Counted from the first letter of the stretch, positions 39,051-48,098 are shown. The stretch is 64,000 nt of DNA from an uncultured Chloroflexia bacterium (GCA_963828165.1 CAWHDR010000001.1:32001-96000), one strand, 5' to 3'. Notes: generated by a model not told the origin, from the sequence alone. Program-made: numbers and translations.

Positions 39051-39245
39051 TTAGCGGTTCTGGTGGAGGAACTTCATCACGTCGTCAAGGCGGAAGCGGC
39101 GATCGCCACGCTTGCAGACGCGATAGAAGGGCAGCTCACCCCGGTCGCCCAGGCGCTTCACCGTGTTGACGTGTAGGTGGAGCATCTCGGCGACTTCGGT
39201 CGCGGTGAGCATGGGCCCAAGTTCGTTCATGACCATCGATGCCAT
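39051..39245 (-). CDS. Small excisionase/BldC-like helix-turn-helix protein
   Basis: MLTATEVAEMLHLHVNTVKR..DRGELP.YR...GDRRFR..DV (HTH_17-type). Confidence 0.85.
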   Translation of the reverse strand: MASMVMNELGPMLTATEVAEMLHLHVNTVKRLGDRGELPFYRVCKRGDRRFRLDDVMKFLHQNR

Positions 39246-39403
39246 GGTGTGGGTTGCCTCAGTTCTGGACGCTTGTTCGGCGGCTCCGGTCCCCTGGGGT
39301 AGTCAGGGGTAGGGTCCGGCCCGCTTCGAGGCAGACTGTATGGGTGCGGGGCGGGTCCACCAAGCCGTACTTTGGGGTAGCCGCCAGTACCCCACCGGAG
39401 TCA

Positions 39404-40087
39404 TCAACGGCCGTGCGCGATCCTGCGTGCCTTGCGCGTGACCCGCACGAACTCCGTGAAGTGGTGCCAGGGTCGGATATGGGACGGTTCGCCCGCGTAG
39501 ATCGTGCGGATCGGGACCGAATCGATCGGGAGCCCGAGCGCGATGCAGCGCGCGATCATCTCGACCTCGAACTCGAAGCCCTGCTCCTCGCTGTCGAGCA
39601 CGGCGCGCATCAGCGTGCGGCCGATCAACCGGTAGCCCGACTGGTTGTCCGGCACCCAACGGCCGAGGGCCGCCGCGAGCGCCAAGCCTCCGATCGTGTT
39701 CGATAGTCGTCGGACGCGGGGCATCGAGCGCAGGTCGCGCTGGCCGATGATCAGCTCGGCTCGTCTCGCCCCGAAGCGTTCCAGGAACGCCGGGATCTCA
39801 TCTGGATCGTGCTGACCGTCGCCGTCGAGCGTCACGACCGCCGGCGCTCCCGCCTCGAGCGCATGCCGGAACCCCATTCGCAGGGCAGCGCCCTTGCCCG
39901 CGTTTGGGAGGTGGCTAAGAACGGTGGCCCCGGCCGCGCTCGCTCGGGCCGCGGTATCGTCGTGCGAGCCGTCGTCGATCACCACGACCGGCAGATGCCG
40001 GCTCGCGGACTCGACGACCGCGCCGATGCGTGGCCCTTCGTCGTAGGCCGGGATCAGCGCGAGGAGCGGCCCATCCGGGTTCGACAC
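39404..40087 (-). CDS. Glycosyltransferase family 2
   Basis: IPAYDE, IDDGS.D.T, N.GKGAA, LDGDGQH, DNQSGYR. Confidence 0.92.
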   Translation of the reverse strand: MSNPDGPLLALIPAYDEGPRIGAVVESASRHLPVVVIDDGSHDDTAARASAAGATVLSHLPNAGKGAALRMGFRHALEAGAPAVVTLDGDGQHDPDEIPAFLERFGARRAELIIGQRDLRSMPRVRRLSNTIGGLALAAALGRWVPDNQSGYRLIGRTLMRAVLDSEEQGFEFEVEMIARCIALGLPIDSVPIRTIYAGEPSHIRPWHHFTEFVRVTRKARRIAHGR

Positions 40088-40194
40088 CGGCAGAGTATCG
40101 CCGCACCAGCCATTCTCATGACTCGCTCAGGAACCGCCTCCACGCTTCACCACAGTCCACGCCTCGATAGGGGCTGCGCAAACGGAGACCTGCG

Positions 40195-41235
40195 ATGCCA
40201 TCGAATCCTCCCGATACCGCGACCGACCAAGTCGAGTTTTCCTCTCGGACCCCGGGGCCGAGCCGGCGCCGCGTGGCCCTGATCACCGGTGGGGCAGTGG
40301 TCCTGGTCGTCGGAGCCGTGGCGACCTCGATGGCCGCCTCCCCTGCCCCGTCCTCGTCCGGAGCCCCGAACGGCACGGTGCCCGCGCCATTCATCGCCGC
40401 CGAGCCTTGGCTCGAGGAAGGCGTGGTCGATCTCGAACATGGCCGCTTCGGCGGCCAGGGCTTCCGCGAGATCACGATCACCGCGATCAGCGGCTCGAAC
40501 GTGACCCTCGGCACCGACGATGGCTGGACGCGCACGATCGCGGTGACGGGGGCCGTGGACCTGACCAAGGGCGGCCAGGACATCGCGCTGACCGATCTCG
40601 CGGTCGGCGACCAGGTCCGCTTCCGCCAGACCCGCAACGACGATGGCACGTACACCGTCAACGCCCTCGCGGTCGTCGTGCCCAGCGTGCGTGGCACGGT
40701 CAGCGATGTCAGCTCCAGCGGGTTCAAGGTGACCGGTCGCGGTGGCGCGGTCTGGACGATCACCGTGAACGCAACCACCGACTACCAGTTCGGCACGGGC
40801 GAGGGTTCGCTGGCCGACGTGACCAACGGAACGACCGTCATGGTCCAGGGCACGAGCAGCGGCGACAACGCGCTCACCGCGCTGACGGTTCGGGTCAAGC
40901 CGGACCGCGCGGTCGGCACGGTCAAGGCCAAGACCGCGGACACCATCACGATCACCAGGCGTGACGGCTCGACCGTCACCGTCCACGTCGATAGCGATAC
41001 GACCTACCGGGTCGCGGGCGTCGAGAACGCCGATCTCGGCGACGTCGCCGTGGACATGGCGGTCGGCGTGTCGGGTCGCGAGCGAGCGGACGGCTCCATC
41101 GACGCGTCTGCGGTCGCCGCCGGGAATGGCCGCGGCTTCAAGCGGGGCGGCGGGCTTCGCGGCTTCGACGGTCCAGGGGTCAAGCCCGGCAACTTCGAAT
41201 TCCCGGGTCTCGAGGAGGACATTTCGGAGAGTTGA
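40195..41235 (+). CDS. DUF5666-like repeated OB-fold exported protein
   Basis: N-terminal TM/signal, then three repeats of GTV......I.V...T......DL.VG..V.V.G.....A. Confidence 0.75.
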   Translation: MPSNPPDTATDQVEFSSRTPGPSRRRVALITGGAVVLVVGAVATSMAASPAPSSSGAPNGTVPAPFIAAEPWLEEGVVDLEHGRFGGQGFREITITAISGSNVTLGTDDGWTRTIAVTGAVDLTKGGQDIALTDLAVGDQVRFRQTRNDDGTYTVNALAVVVPSVRGTVSDVSSSGFKVTGRGGAVWTITVNATTDYQFGTGEGSLADVTNGTTVMVQGTSSGDNALTALTVRVKPDRAVGTVKAKTADTITITRRDGSTVTVHVDSDTTYRVAGVENADLGDVAVDMAVGVSGRERADGSIDASAVAAGNGRGFKRGGGLRGFDGPGVKPGNFEFPGLEEDISES

Positions 41236-41249
41236 GCGCAAGGAGGGTT

Positions 41250-41325
41250 TGGCGTCCCCGGCAGGATTCGAACCTGCGACCTTCCGCTTAGAAGGCGGTT
41301 GCTCTGTCCACTGAGCTACGGGGAC
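41250..41325 (-). tRNA. tRNA-Arg(TCT)
   Basis: GTCCCCGTAGCTCAGTGGACAGAGCAACCGCCT-TCT-AAGCGGAAGGTCGCAGGTTCGAATCCTGCCGGGGACGCCA forms a cloverleaf with encoded CCA. Confidence 0.97.
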
Positions 41326-41444
41326 CGCGGCGAGTCTAGCGACCCCTCGGCGTTCGTGGCTGCTCGACGACGGGTGGGCTGGATCGCGACTCGGGAAGGA
41401 GCGGCATCAGCGGCGATGCTGCCCGTTCGCGAGCAGCCTGGATG

Positions 41445-41699
41445 TCAGTCCTGCCGACGCTTGAACCCCGTAAACCGGAATGGCTGGTCGGCGCGTGCCT
41501 TCGTTGCGGCGGCCTCGGCTGCGCGCTTGTTGTCGTCGTTCCTGGAAATCCACTGGGCGACCATCACCGAGAGCCCGACGGCGGCACCCCAGATGCTCCC
41601 ATCAACAACGCTCATGATCTCGGTTCCTTGGGCGATCAGGCCGCCGGCGATCACGCCGATGGCCGGGTACGGTCCAAGCGCCGACAGGACGTCGACCAC
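41445..41699 (-). CDS. Small hypothetical membrane protein
   Basis: 84 aa with two hydrophobic segments and a basic tail. No recognisable family. Confidence 0.5.
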   Translation of the reverse strand: MVDVLSALGPYPAIGVIAGGLIAQGTEIMSVVDGSIWGAAVGLSVMVAQWISRNDDNKRAAEAAATKARADQPFRFTGFKRRQD

Positions 41700-41830
41700 G
41701 AATCGTGCAGGCAGGGGACTAGGCCCTCCAGGCGAATGCGAACCCGAAAGACGGGGATCGCCGAATCACCCTACTCCGCCTGGCAAGCACGCGGAACCTG
41801 GGCAGGCACGGCGGAACTCGGCAATCGAAC

Positions 41831-42913
41831 CTACGGCGCGACTGAGGCGGCAGATTTGACTGGGCCCATCCACTTCTTCGTCCACGTGCGGACCTCGCCG
41901 ATCTTGAGGGCGAAGGACGCGCCAACTGTCGACTGGGCCCATTTTCTCGGCCCGAAGACGATCCCCGCCGCCTTCTTCGTCTTGGCCGATCCGACGATCT
42001 CGAAGATCTGTGGCGCCTGGGCCAGTGGCAGGTCGGTCTTGACGTAGTCCCGGGCGATCGAGATCAGCTCCGGCAACTGCAGGAGGCCGAGCTTCTTGAC
42101 GGAGCCGACCGCGGCCGCCACGAGCTTCTGCTGACGCCGGGCCCGTTCGAAGTCGTTATCGGCCTTTCGGGTCCGGGCGAAGATCAACGCGCGCTCGCCG
42201 TTGAGGTGGTTCTTGCCGGCTTTGAACGTGACGCCGCGCTTCGTGGGCGTCAGCCAGTACACCGGGTCCCTGATCGCCTTGTCCAAAACCACGTCCACCC
42301 CGCCGACGGCGTTGACGAGCCGCTTCACGCCCTCGAAGCCGAGCACGACGTAATTGTCGATCTCGACGTGCAACGCGCGACCGACGGCTTTCGACATCGC
42401 CGGACCGGCCTTCTTCTCGCCGATCCTGGAGACGTAGCGCTGGTAGAGCTCGTTGATCTTGGGAGCGAACTTCGTTCCGTCAGGCAAGGGGAATGCGACC
42501 GTGTCGCGCGGGATGCTGGCCGCCGAGACGGCGCCGTTGGTCGGGTTGACCGAGATGACCATGATCGTGTCGGTCCGATTGCCCGGGTGGCCGCGGCGAT
42601 AGTCGGAGCCCAGGAGCAGGATCGTGAACCGCCCGTCGCTGCCGAGAAGGGACTCTACCCCGGGGGTGGGGATCGGCGTCGGAGCCGGGCTGGGGCTTGG
42701 CGACGGCGATGGCGTGATCGTCGGTGACGGGGTCGCGACCGGAGCCGGGCTCCGCGACGGCGGCACCGCCGCGACCGGTATGGGCGTGGCTGCCTGCAGG
42801 GCGAGCGATGCCGTGATCGCCGCGGCTACGAGCAGCGCGACAAGCGCCCCGGCGGACAACGCGAGCCTGGGTCGGCGACGCACCGACTGCCAGGCGCCCC
42901 TCGGATCGGTCAT
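41831..42913 (-). CDS. LCP (LytR-CpsA-Psr) family protein
   Basis: N-terminal TM and Pro-rich linker, ILLLGSD, RTDTIM, SIPRD, KIN, GGVDV, ARTR...DFERARRQQ. Confidence 0.93.
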   Translation of the reverse strand: MTDPRGAWQSVRRRPRLALSAGALVALLVAAAITASLALQAATPIPVAAVPPSRSPAPVATPSPTITPSPSPSPSPAPTPIPTPGVESLLGSDGRFTILLLGSDYRRGHPGNRTDTIMVISVNPTNGAVSAASIPRDTVAFPLPDGTKFAPKINELYQRYVSRIGEKKAGPAMSKAVGRALHVEIDNYVVLGFEGVKRLVNAVGGVDVVLDKAIRDPVYWLTPTKRGVTFKAGKNHLNGERALIFARTRKADNDFERARRQQKLVAAAVGSVKKLGLLQLPELISIARDYVKTDLPLAQAPQIFEIVGSAKTKKAAGIVFGPRKWAQSTVGASFALKIGEVRTWTKKWMGPVKSAASVAP

Positions 42914-42966
42914 GGCCGGACGCTACCACTCCGCACTGCACCAATCCCCCCGTACGATGGTCCCGC

Positions 42967-43169
42967 AGGTGCCTGGTCCGCGGCCACCGACCACGACTCG
43001 CAGGAAGCCCGCCGTGACCCCGAACGTGCCGGAGGCGGCGGGCTGGTCAGGTCCGAGGTGGCCCCTTCGCCGGCGATGGCCGGACGGTGGGGACGGGGCC
43101 GGGGAGGGACCGAGCCCCACGGAGTCGGCCTGGACCGCCTCCCTGGAACCCGGGCGTCAACCCGGTTCC
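42967..43169 (+). ncRNA. Putative structured non-coding RNA with 3' hairpin
   Basis: TACGAT -10 box at 42953-42958. Stems GGTCC/GGACC, GGCCACC/GGTGGCC, GACCA/TGGTC, AGCCCGCCG/CGGCGGGCT, GTGGGG/CCCCAC, and a closing hairpin GGAACC..GGTTCC. Confidence 0.45.
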
Positions 43170-43314
43170 GCATGACCCTCGTACCTCGTCATAGCCTACC
43201 CCCGCCGAGGCTTGCCGACCACCCCGGAACGCCGATTTTCTCGTGCTACACTCCGCGCCCCATCGCGCCGACGACGACGATCGGCGTGCGGGTCAGGGAG
43301 GTATCGACTCGCCG

Positions 43315-44721
43315 ATGTCGGCCGGACCCGGTCCGAACCGAGCGCCGTTGCGAACGGCCTCCGCAGGCCAGCTCGCGCTCGAGCTCCCGGTCGAGCTGCC
43401 GGTCATCTCCCTCGCACCCGAGTGGAAGGACCAACAGCGGCTGTGGGGCCACTCGTTCCACCCGATGTGCTCGTACCTCGCGAGCTTTCCCGCCGCGCTG
43501 ACCCATGCGTTCATCGCTCGGTACTCTCGGCCCGGTGACGTGGTCCTCGACCCATTCTCCGGGCGGGGCACGACGCCGCTCCAGGCCTGCGCCGAAGGCC
43601 GCATCGGTGTCGGCAACGACCTCAACCCGTTCGCGCACCTGCTGACGGCGTCCAAGGTCCGCCCGGCGACCCGCGGGGCAGCAGCGACGCGACTCACCCA
43701 GCTGCGGCTCGCCTGGTACGCCGAGGCCGCGCCATGGTCGGAGCTTGCGCGGCGGGTCATGGCGGATCCGGACACGACCTTGGTCCCACGCGCCGGATCG
43801 CGCGACATCGCGGGCGCAGACGAGATCGTCCCGCGCGAAGTGGCCCTCGCATTCCATCCGGATACCCTCGCCCAGCTGCTGTTCGTCCGTACGTCGCTGC
43901 AGTTGGACGATCGGACGGACGGGTTCCTTGCCGCCGCGATCACCGGCATCCTGCACGGCAAGAGCGCGAGCTACCTCTCGGAGCTCATGCCCAACACCTT
44001 CAGCATGGCCCCGCGCTACGTCCGCGACTTCGCCGCGCGGACCGCCTTCGCCTCGCCACACCGAGACGCCTTCGACGGCCTGGCCGCCAAGCTCGACCGG
44101 CTGTTCCGACAGCCGCCGCCCCCGATCGAAGGTGTCGCGCTCCTCGGCGACGCACGCGACGTCGCGCCACGAGCCCGCGAGGCGTTGCGGGACCTGGGCC
44201 GGCCGGAGCGGGCCCGGCTGGTGGTGACGTCACCACCCTATCTACGGGTCGTGAAATACGGCTACTACAACTGGCTGCGCACCTGGTTCCTCGGGTTCGA
44301 CGCCCGCGAGATCGATGCGACGCTCGACGACGCCCACCACCGCGAGCCGTACCTCGCGTTCCTGCGCGATGTCCTCGCGGGTCTGCGCCCGGTCCTTGCC
44401 GATGACGCGGTGATCGTGCTCGTCATCGGGGACGTCGAGACCGACCGCGGGCGGCGCATCAAGGGCGGCGTCGGCCTCGCCGAGCGTGCCTGGGAACAGG
44501 CCGCCGAGCCAGAAGGCTATCGCCTGGCCGGCATCGCCCTGGACGATGTGGCGGCCCTCCGCAAGATGACGAAGCTGTGGGGTGCGGAGGCGGGTCGCGC
44601 CACCAAGACGGACCGCATCCTCGTCCTGGGGGCGACCGAAGCCGGCCGGCGCCGGGCCCTCGCGAGCGCCTCGCTCGACATCGACTGGACCTGGCCCCCT
44701 CGGTCGCTGCGCCCGATCTGA
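43315..44721 (+). CDS. Orphan amino-DNA methyltransferase (N4-mC/N6-mA type)
   Basis: H..C.YLASFP, motif I VLDPFSGRGTT, C-terminal motif IV VTSPPY. No adjacent endonuclease. Confidence 0.88.
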   Translation: MSAGPGPNRAPLRTASAGQLALELPVELPVISLAPEWKDQQRLWGHSFHPMCSYLASFPAALTHAFIARYSRPGDVVLDPFSGRGTTPLQACAEGRIGVGNDLNPFAHLLTASKVRPATRGAAATRLTQLRLAWYAEAAPWSELARRVMADPDTTLVPRAGSRDIAGADEIVPREVALAFHPDTLAQLLFVRTSLQLDDRTDGFLAAAITGILHGKSASYLSELMPNTFSMAPRYVRDFAARTAFASPHRDAFDGLAAKLDRLFRQPPPPIEGVALLGDARDVAPRAREALRDLGRPERARLVVTSPPYLRVVKYGYYNWLRTWFLGFDAREIDATLDDAHHREPYLAFLRDVLAGLRPVLADDAVIVLVIGDVETDRGRRIKGGVGLAERAWEQAAEPEGYRLAGIALDDVAALRKMTKLWGAEAGRATKTDRILVLGATEAGRRRALASASLDIDWTWPPRSLRPI

Positions 44722-44763
44722 GGGTCGTCGGCGACCGGGCTCCCGCCTTGCTACGATGCGCCG

Positions 44764-44991
44764 ATGCAGCAGATGTACCACCCGTCGGACCTGGCCGCGA
44801 TGGATCCGCTGGTCCTCATGAAGAACCTCGACCACGTCCGTATGACCAGCCGGCGGCTCTCGTACATCCTCCAGCAGCAGGTCCACCTTTATGCCCCCGA
44901 GGCGAATGAGCTCCGCGAGCAGATCGACCGGTATGTCGAGGCGGAGCGCCAGATCGAGGGCGAGATGGCGAGGCGCCGCATCCGCGCCTGA
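44764..44991 (+). CDS. Small hypothetical helical protein
   Basis: 75 aa with host-like codon usage, its own TACGAT -10 box and a downstream terminator. Confidence 0.75.
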   Translation: MQQMYHPSDLAAMDPLVLMKNLDHVRMTSRRLSYILQQQVHLYAPEANELREQIDRYVEAERQIEGEMARRRIRA

Positions 44992-45012
44992 TCGGCCCCG
45001 ATCCGTCCAGAC

Positions 45013-45051
45013 GAAAAGCCCCGCTCGGTGGGGGTCCGGGCGAGGCTTTTC
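45013..45051. terminator. Bidirectional intrinsic terminator
   Basis: GAAAAGCC-CCGC...GCGA-GGCTTTTC between convergent genes. Confidence 0.75.
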
Positions 45052-45072
45052 GGGATGATTGCGATGCCGGTA

Positions 45073-45519
45073 TCAGGCCCCGGCGGGCACCGCGATGAGA
45101 CGGACGGGTGTCTCCGGTCCTCGGATGGGCTCGACCGGCGGTCGAGCGATGACGATGTCCACGGGGGCGATACCTGACGGGATGTCGGCGGGCGGGTCCT
45201 CGGAGACGCTCTCGGAAACGTCTTCCGCGGCTGGCGTGATGATGACCGTCATCGGCCTGCGGGCGGTCTGCTCCTCGCCCACGATCCTTGCCGCGAGCGC
45301 GGCAAGCGCCGGGGTGTCGAAGAGGCTGAAGCCGATCCCGTGGGCGGCCAGGTCATCCGTCACGAGCCCGTGAAACAGTCCACGCGCGGCGACGGCGCAC
45401 ATCTCGTCATAGAGCTCAGGCCAGCCCACGCGCCGACGGCGGTAGCAGAACCGGATGAACTCAACCGCCTCCGGGTCGGGGTCTCGCGTGGTGGCGGTGC
45501 GTGGATCCATCGATGGCAT
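45073..45519 (-). CDS. Hypothetical protein (148 aa)
   Basis: GGGAGG RBS. Conserved-looking core FIRFCYRRRRVGWPELYDEMC.VA.RGLF, then a low-complexity tail. Confidence 0.75.
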   Translation of the reverse strand: MPSMDPRTATTRDPDPEAVEFIRFCYRRRRVGWPELYDEMCAVAARGLFHGLVTDDLAAHGIGFSLFDTPALAALAARIVGEEQTARRPMTVIITPAAEDVSESVSEDPPADIPSGIAPVDIVIARPPVEPIRGPETPVRLIAVPAGA

Positions 45520-45721
45520 GCCCTCCCTTCGATCTTGGACGTGCGGTGGCCAGGGCCAACGCGCGCTCGGTCTTCCTAGCGTGGGAACCCAGGTCGGCCA
45601 TTCGTCGACCCGGCGACGGACGGTCGGTCTTAGCCTTCCCTGGGACCGGCCAACCTCCCTGGGACGCTCGGTGGCCGTATCCCGACATCCTAGGCCGGTC
45701 GGGACCTCGCCGGAAGGGGGC

Positions 45722-45754
45722 TTGTCCACGACTTCGTCCACCTTTTTGTCCACA
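45722..45754. promoter_or_regulatory. Cluster of three DnaA-box-like 9-mers
   Basis: TTGTCCACG (45722), TCGTCCACC (45734) and TTGTCCACA (45746), same orientation, 12-bp period. Confidence 0.55.
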
Positions 45755-45768
45755 CGAACGAACGTTCT
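45755..45768. promoter_or_regulatory. LexA SOS box (Gram-positive/Chloroflexota type)
   Basis: CGAAC-GAAC-GTTCT matches GAAC-N4-GTTC. A degenerate second site GAAC-GCCT-GTGC lies at 45772-45783. Confidence 0.65.
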
Positions 45769-45816
45769 CCCGAACGCCTGTGCGGAACGTGCACGCGCGG
45801 ACCGTTTCGCCGAGAT

Positions 45817-46887
45817 TCACGGCTCGCGCCGCGTCAGGCCGAGCCCCGGTCGATCGGCCAGGCGCCAGCGCTTGTCGGGTCCGAGGTCCAGGCCTTCGAA
45901 CGGGTCGTCGGCCAGCAGCAGGTTCCCGTCGAGATCGACCCATTCCGCGAGCGACGCGACCACGGCCGAGCCGGCGATCCCGACCGACGTCTCCTCCATG
46001 CAGCCCAGGAAGGTCCGAAAGCCGAGCTCGCGGGCTCGCTCGAGCATGTGCTTCGCCGGCCCGATGCCTCCGCACTTGGCGAGCTTCACGTTGACGCCCG
46101 CGACGACGCCGACGAGCGCCTCGAGGTCCTCTTCTGCGACCCCACTCTCGTCGGCGACGATCGGAAGCGGGGAGCGTTCCTGGAGCCAGCCGAGGTCCTT
46201 GTAAGCGCGTGCCGGGAACGGCTGCTCGATGAGCTCGACCCCCAGATCGACGAGCTCGGGCAGCAGCGTCTCTGCGTCCTCCCGCGACCAGCCGGTATTG
46301 GCATCCACCCTGATCGGCCCCGCGAAGACGTCGCGGACCGCCCGAAGGGTGGCCAGGTCGGATGGGCCACCGCACTTGATCTTGAGGGCCGGAAAGTCGG
46401 CCGCACGTCGTGCGCGCTCCGCCACGACCGCCGGCTCGTCGATCCCGATCGTGAAGTCGGTCGGCGGCAGGTCGCGCGGAAGCTCGAGGAGCGTATGGAC
46501 CGGCGTCTCGAGCACCTTGCCGGCCAGGTCGTGGAGGGCGATGTCCAGGGCACATTTCGCCGCTCCGTGCCCGCGGATGGCGCCCGCCCAGGTCGGTCCA
46601 AGCCAGGCCAATCCCTGTCGCGCTCGATCCGGGTCGGTCAGATCGATCTCGTTCTCATCGGCCACGGCCAGCAGAAGGGGCCAGACCGCGGCCATCGTGT
46701 CGGGGGTCTCGCCATAGAAACGATCCGGATATCCCTCCCCCACGCCGACGATGCCCGGATGGCGATCGTCGCGGATCTCCACGACGACCGTCGTGATGCG
46801 CGTCCCTTCGTTGTGGTCCGAGCGGGCGATCCGGAACGGGTCGCGCAGGGCCAGCGACAGGACCTCGTGGCTGACGGTCAGACCCAC
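45817..46887 (-). CDS. Dipeptide epimerase / N-acetyl-D-Glu racemase (DgcA-like, enolase superfamily)
   Basis: PFRIAR, LKIK, RVDANTGW, IEQP, ADES, NVKLAKCGG, GCM.E, DLDG. Confidence 0.9.
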   Translation of the reverse strand: MGLTVSHEVLSLALRDPFRIARSDHNEGTRITTVVVEIRDDRHPGIVGVGEGYPDRFYGETPDTMAAVWPLLLAVADENEIDLTDPDRARQGLAWLGPTWAGAIRGHGAAKCALDIALHDLAGKVLETPVHTLLELPRDLPPTDFTIGIDEPAVVAERARRAADFPALKIKCGGPSDLATLRAVRDVFAGPIRVDANTGWSREDAETLLPELVDLGVELIEQPFPARAYKDLGWLQERSPLPIVADESGVAEEDLEALVGVVAGVNVKLAKCGGIGPAKHMLERARELGFRTFLGCMEETSVGIAGSAVVASLAEWVDLDGNLLLADDPFEGLDLGPDKRWRLADRPGLGLTRREP

Positions 46888-47960
46888 GGCAGGGCCTCGA
46901 CGGCATCACGCACTGCCGGCCAGAGGCGATCGGCCCCGAATCGGACCGGGTCGTCGGCGGGCAACCCGGTCTCGGCCGACGTTGCCTCGATCACGGCCCG
47001 CGCTTCGTCCTCGGACGGGTAGAGCGAGGTGTTGAGGGCCACGGCGACGACCTTCGACGGCGCCACGAGCCCGGCGATCCGCTCGTGCAGCTCGATGAAC
47101 GGCGGCAGCGCCGCGATCGGGAATGAGGCCTCGGGAAGGTGGGTGAAGTCGTGCTCGACGAGGCCCGGCTTGTGGACGAGGACCATCGCGTGCGGCGTGG
47201 CGCCATGGATGAGCCCCATGGTCACCGCGCTGTAGGCAGGGTGGTCGATCGAGCCCTGACCCTCGACGATCACCCAGTCCGCGCGTTCTTCGCCCTGCTC
47301 GACCAGCCACTCGACGGTCCCATTGGTGAAATCGCTGATGACCCGGTCCACGGCGACGCCCCAGCCCTCGATCATCATCCCGGTCTGGCCGGTCGGCACC
47401 ATCGCCGCAGAGACACCATCACGCCGGGCCGCCGCGACCAGCTCCAGGGCGACCGACATCTTGCCGATCGCGCAGTCTGTCCCGACGGTCAGGATCACCC
47501 GCTTGCCGGCCACGTGTTGCCGTCCGACGGACGTCTCCATCCGGTCGGGCGGCCGGCGATAGTCGATCAGCCGCGTTCCCGCCGCCTCCGCCGCGGCGAC
47601 GAACTCGGGGTCGTCGCCCAGGAACTGGTGCAGCCCGGAATGGACGTCCAGTCCCGCGCGGATCGCCTCGAGGATGGTCATCCGCCAGTCACCCGGGAGA
47701 CGACCGCCGGTCGGAGCGATGCCGATCAGCAGCCCGTCTGGGCGCACGCGGCCGTGGAACGTCTCGTCGAGTGTGGCCACGAAGGGCACGTCGAAGCCGG
47801 GCATCACCTCGCCCAGGTTCCGCCCGACCATCGTCGAGTCCAGGATCGCGAGGATCTCGTCGCGGCCATAGCGGATGACCCCGAGCGCCGTCTTGGCGTC
47901 GTGGAGGTTGAACTGTCCCTCGGTCAGGATGACGAGACGTCGAGGCTCGGTGGGCAACAT
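46878..47960 (-). CDS. DUF1611 protein (DgcN-like D-glutamate N-acyltransferase)
   Basis: AKTA.G, GIAP.GG, SGLH, VGTDCAIGKM, TGQTG, EGQGS..HPAY. Forms the typical pair with the epimerase. Confidence 0.9.
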   Translation of the reverse strand: MLPTEPRRLVILTEGQFNLHDAKTALGVIRYGRDEILAILDSTMVGRNLGEVMPGFDVPFVATLDETFHGRVRPDGLLIGIAPTGGRLPGDWRMTILEAIRAGLDVHSGLHQFLGDDPEFVAAAEAAGTRLIDYRRPPDRMETSVGRQHVAGKRVILTVGTDCAIGKMSVALELVAAARRDGVSAAMVPTGQTGMMIEGWGVAVDRVISDFTNGTVEWLVEQGEERADWVIVEGQGSIDHPAYSAVTMGLIHGATPHAMVLVHKPGLVEHDFTHLPEASFPIAALPPFIELHERIAGLVAPSKVVAVALNTSLYPSEDEARAVIEATSAETGLPADDPVRFGADRLWPAVRDAVEALPWV

Positions 47961-48098
47961 GCTCCGGAGTCTAGGGAAACGGGGACGCCCCCGGGGCGCG
48001 GTCCGGGGGCGTCGGAGAAGACACGTGAGCCGCGGATCCGTGCGGCTCGGATGAGTCTACCAAGCGCCGGGGGCGGGTGCTTGGGTACAGTTCCGCTC

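Noticed and set aside
39051-39245. Prophage/ICE excisionase
   Set aside because: Flanked by housekeeping genes, with no integrase or att site.
45722-45783. Chromosomal origin oriC
   Set aside because: Only three boxes, no AT-rich unwinding element and no dnaA/dnaN nearby. A regulatory role is more likely.
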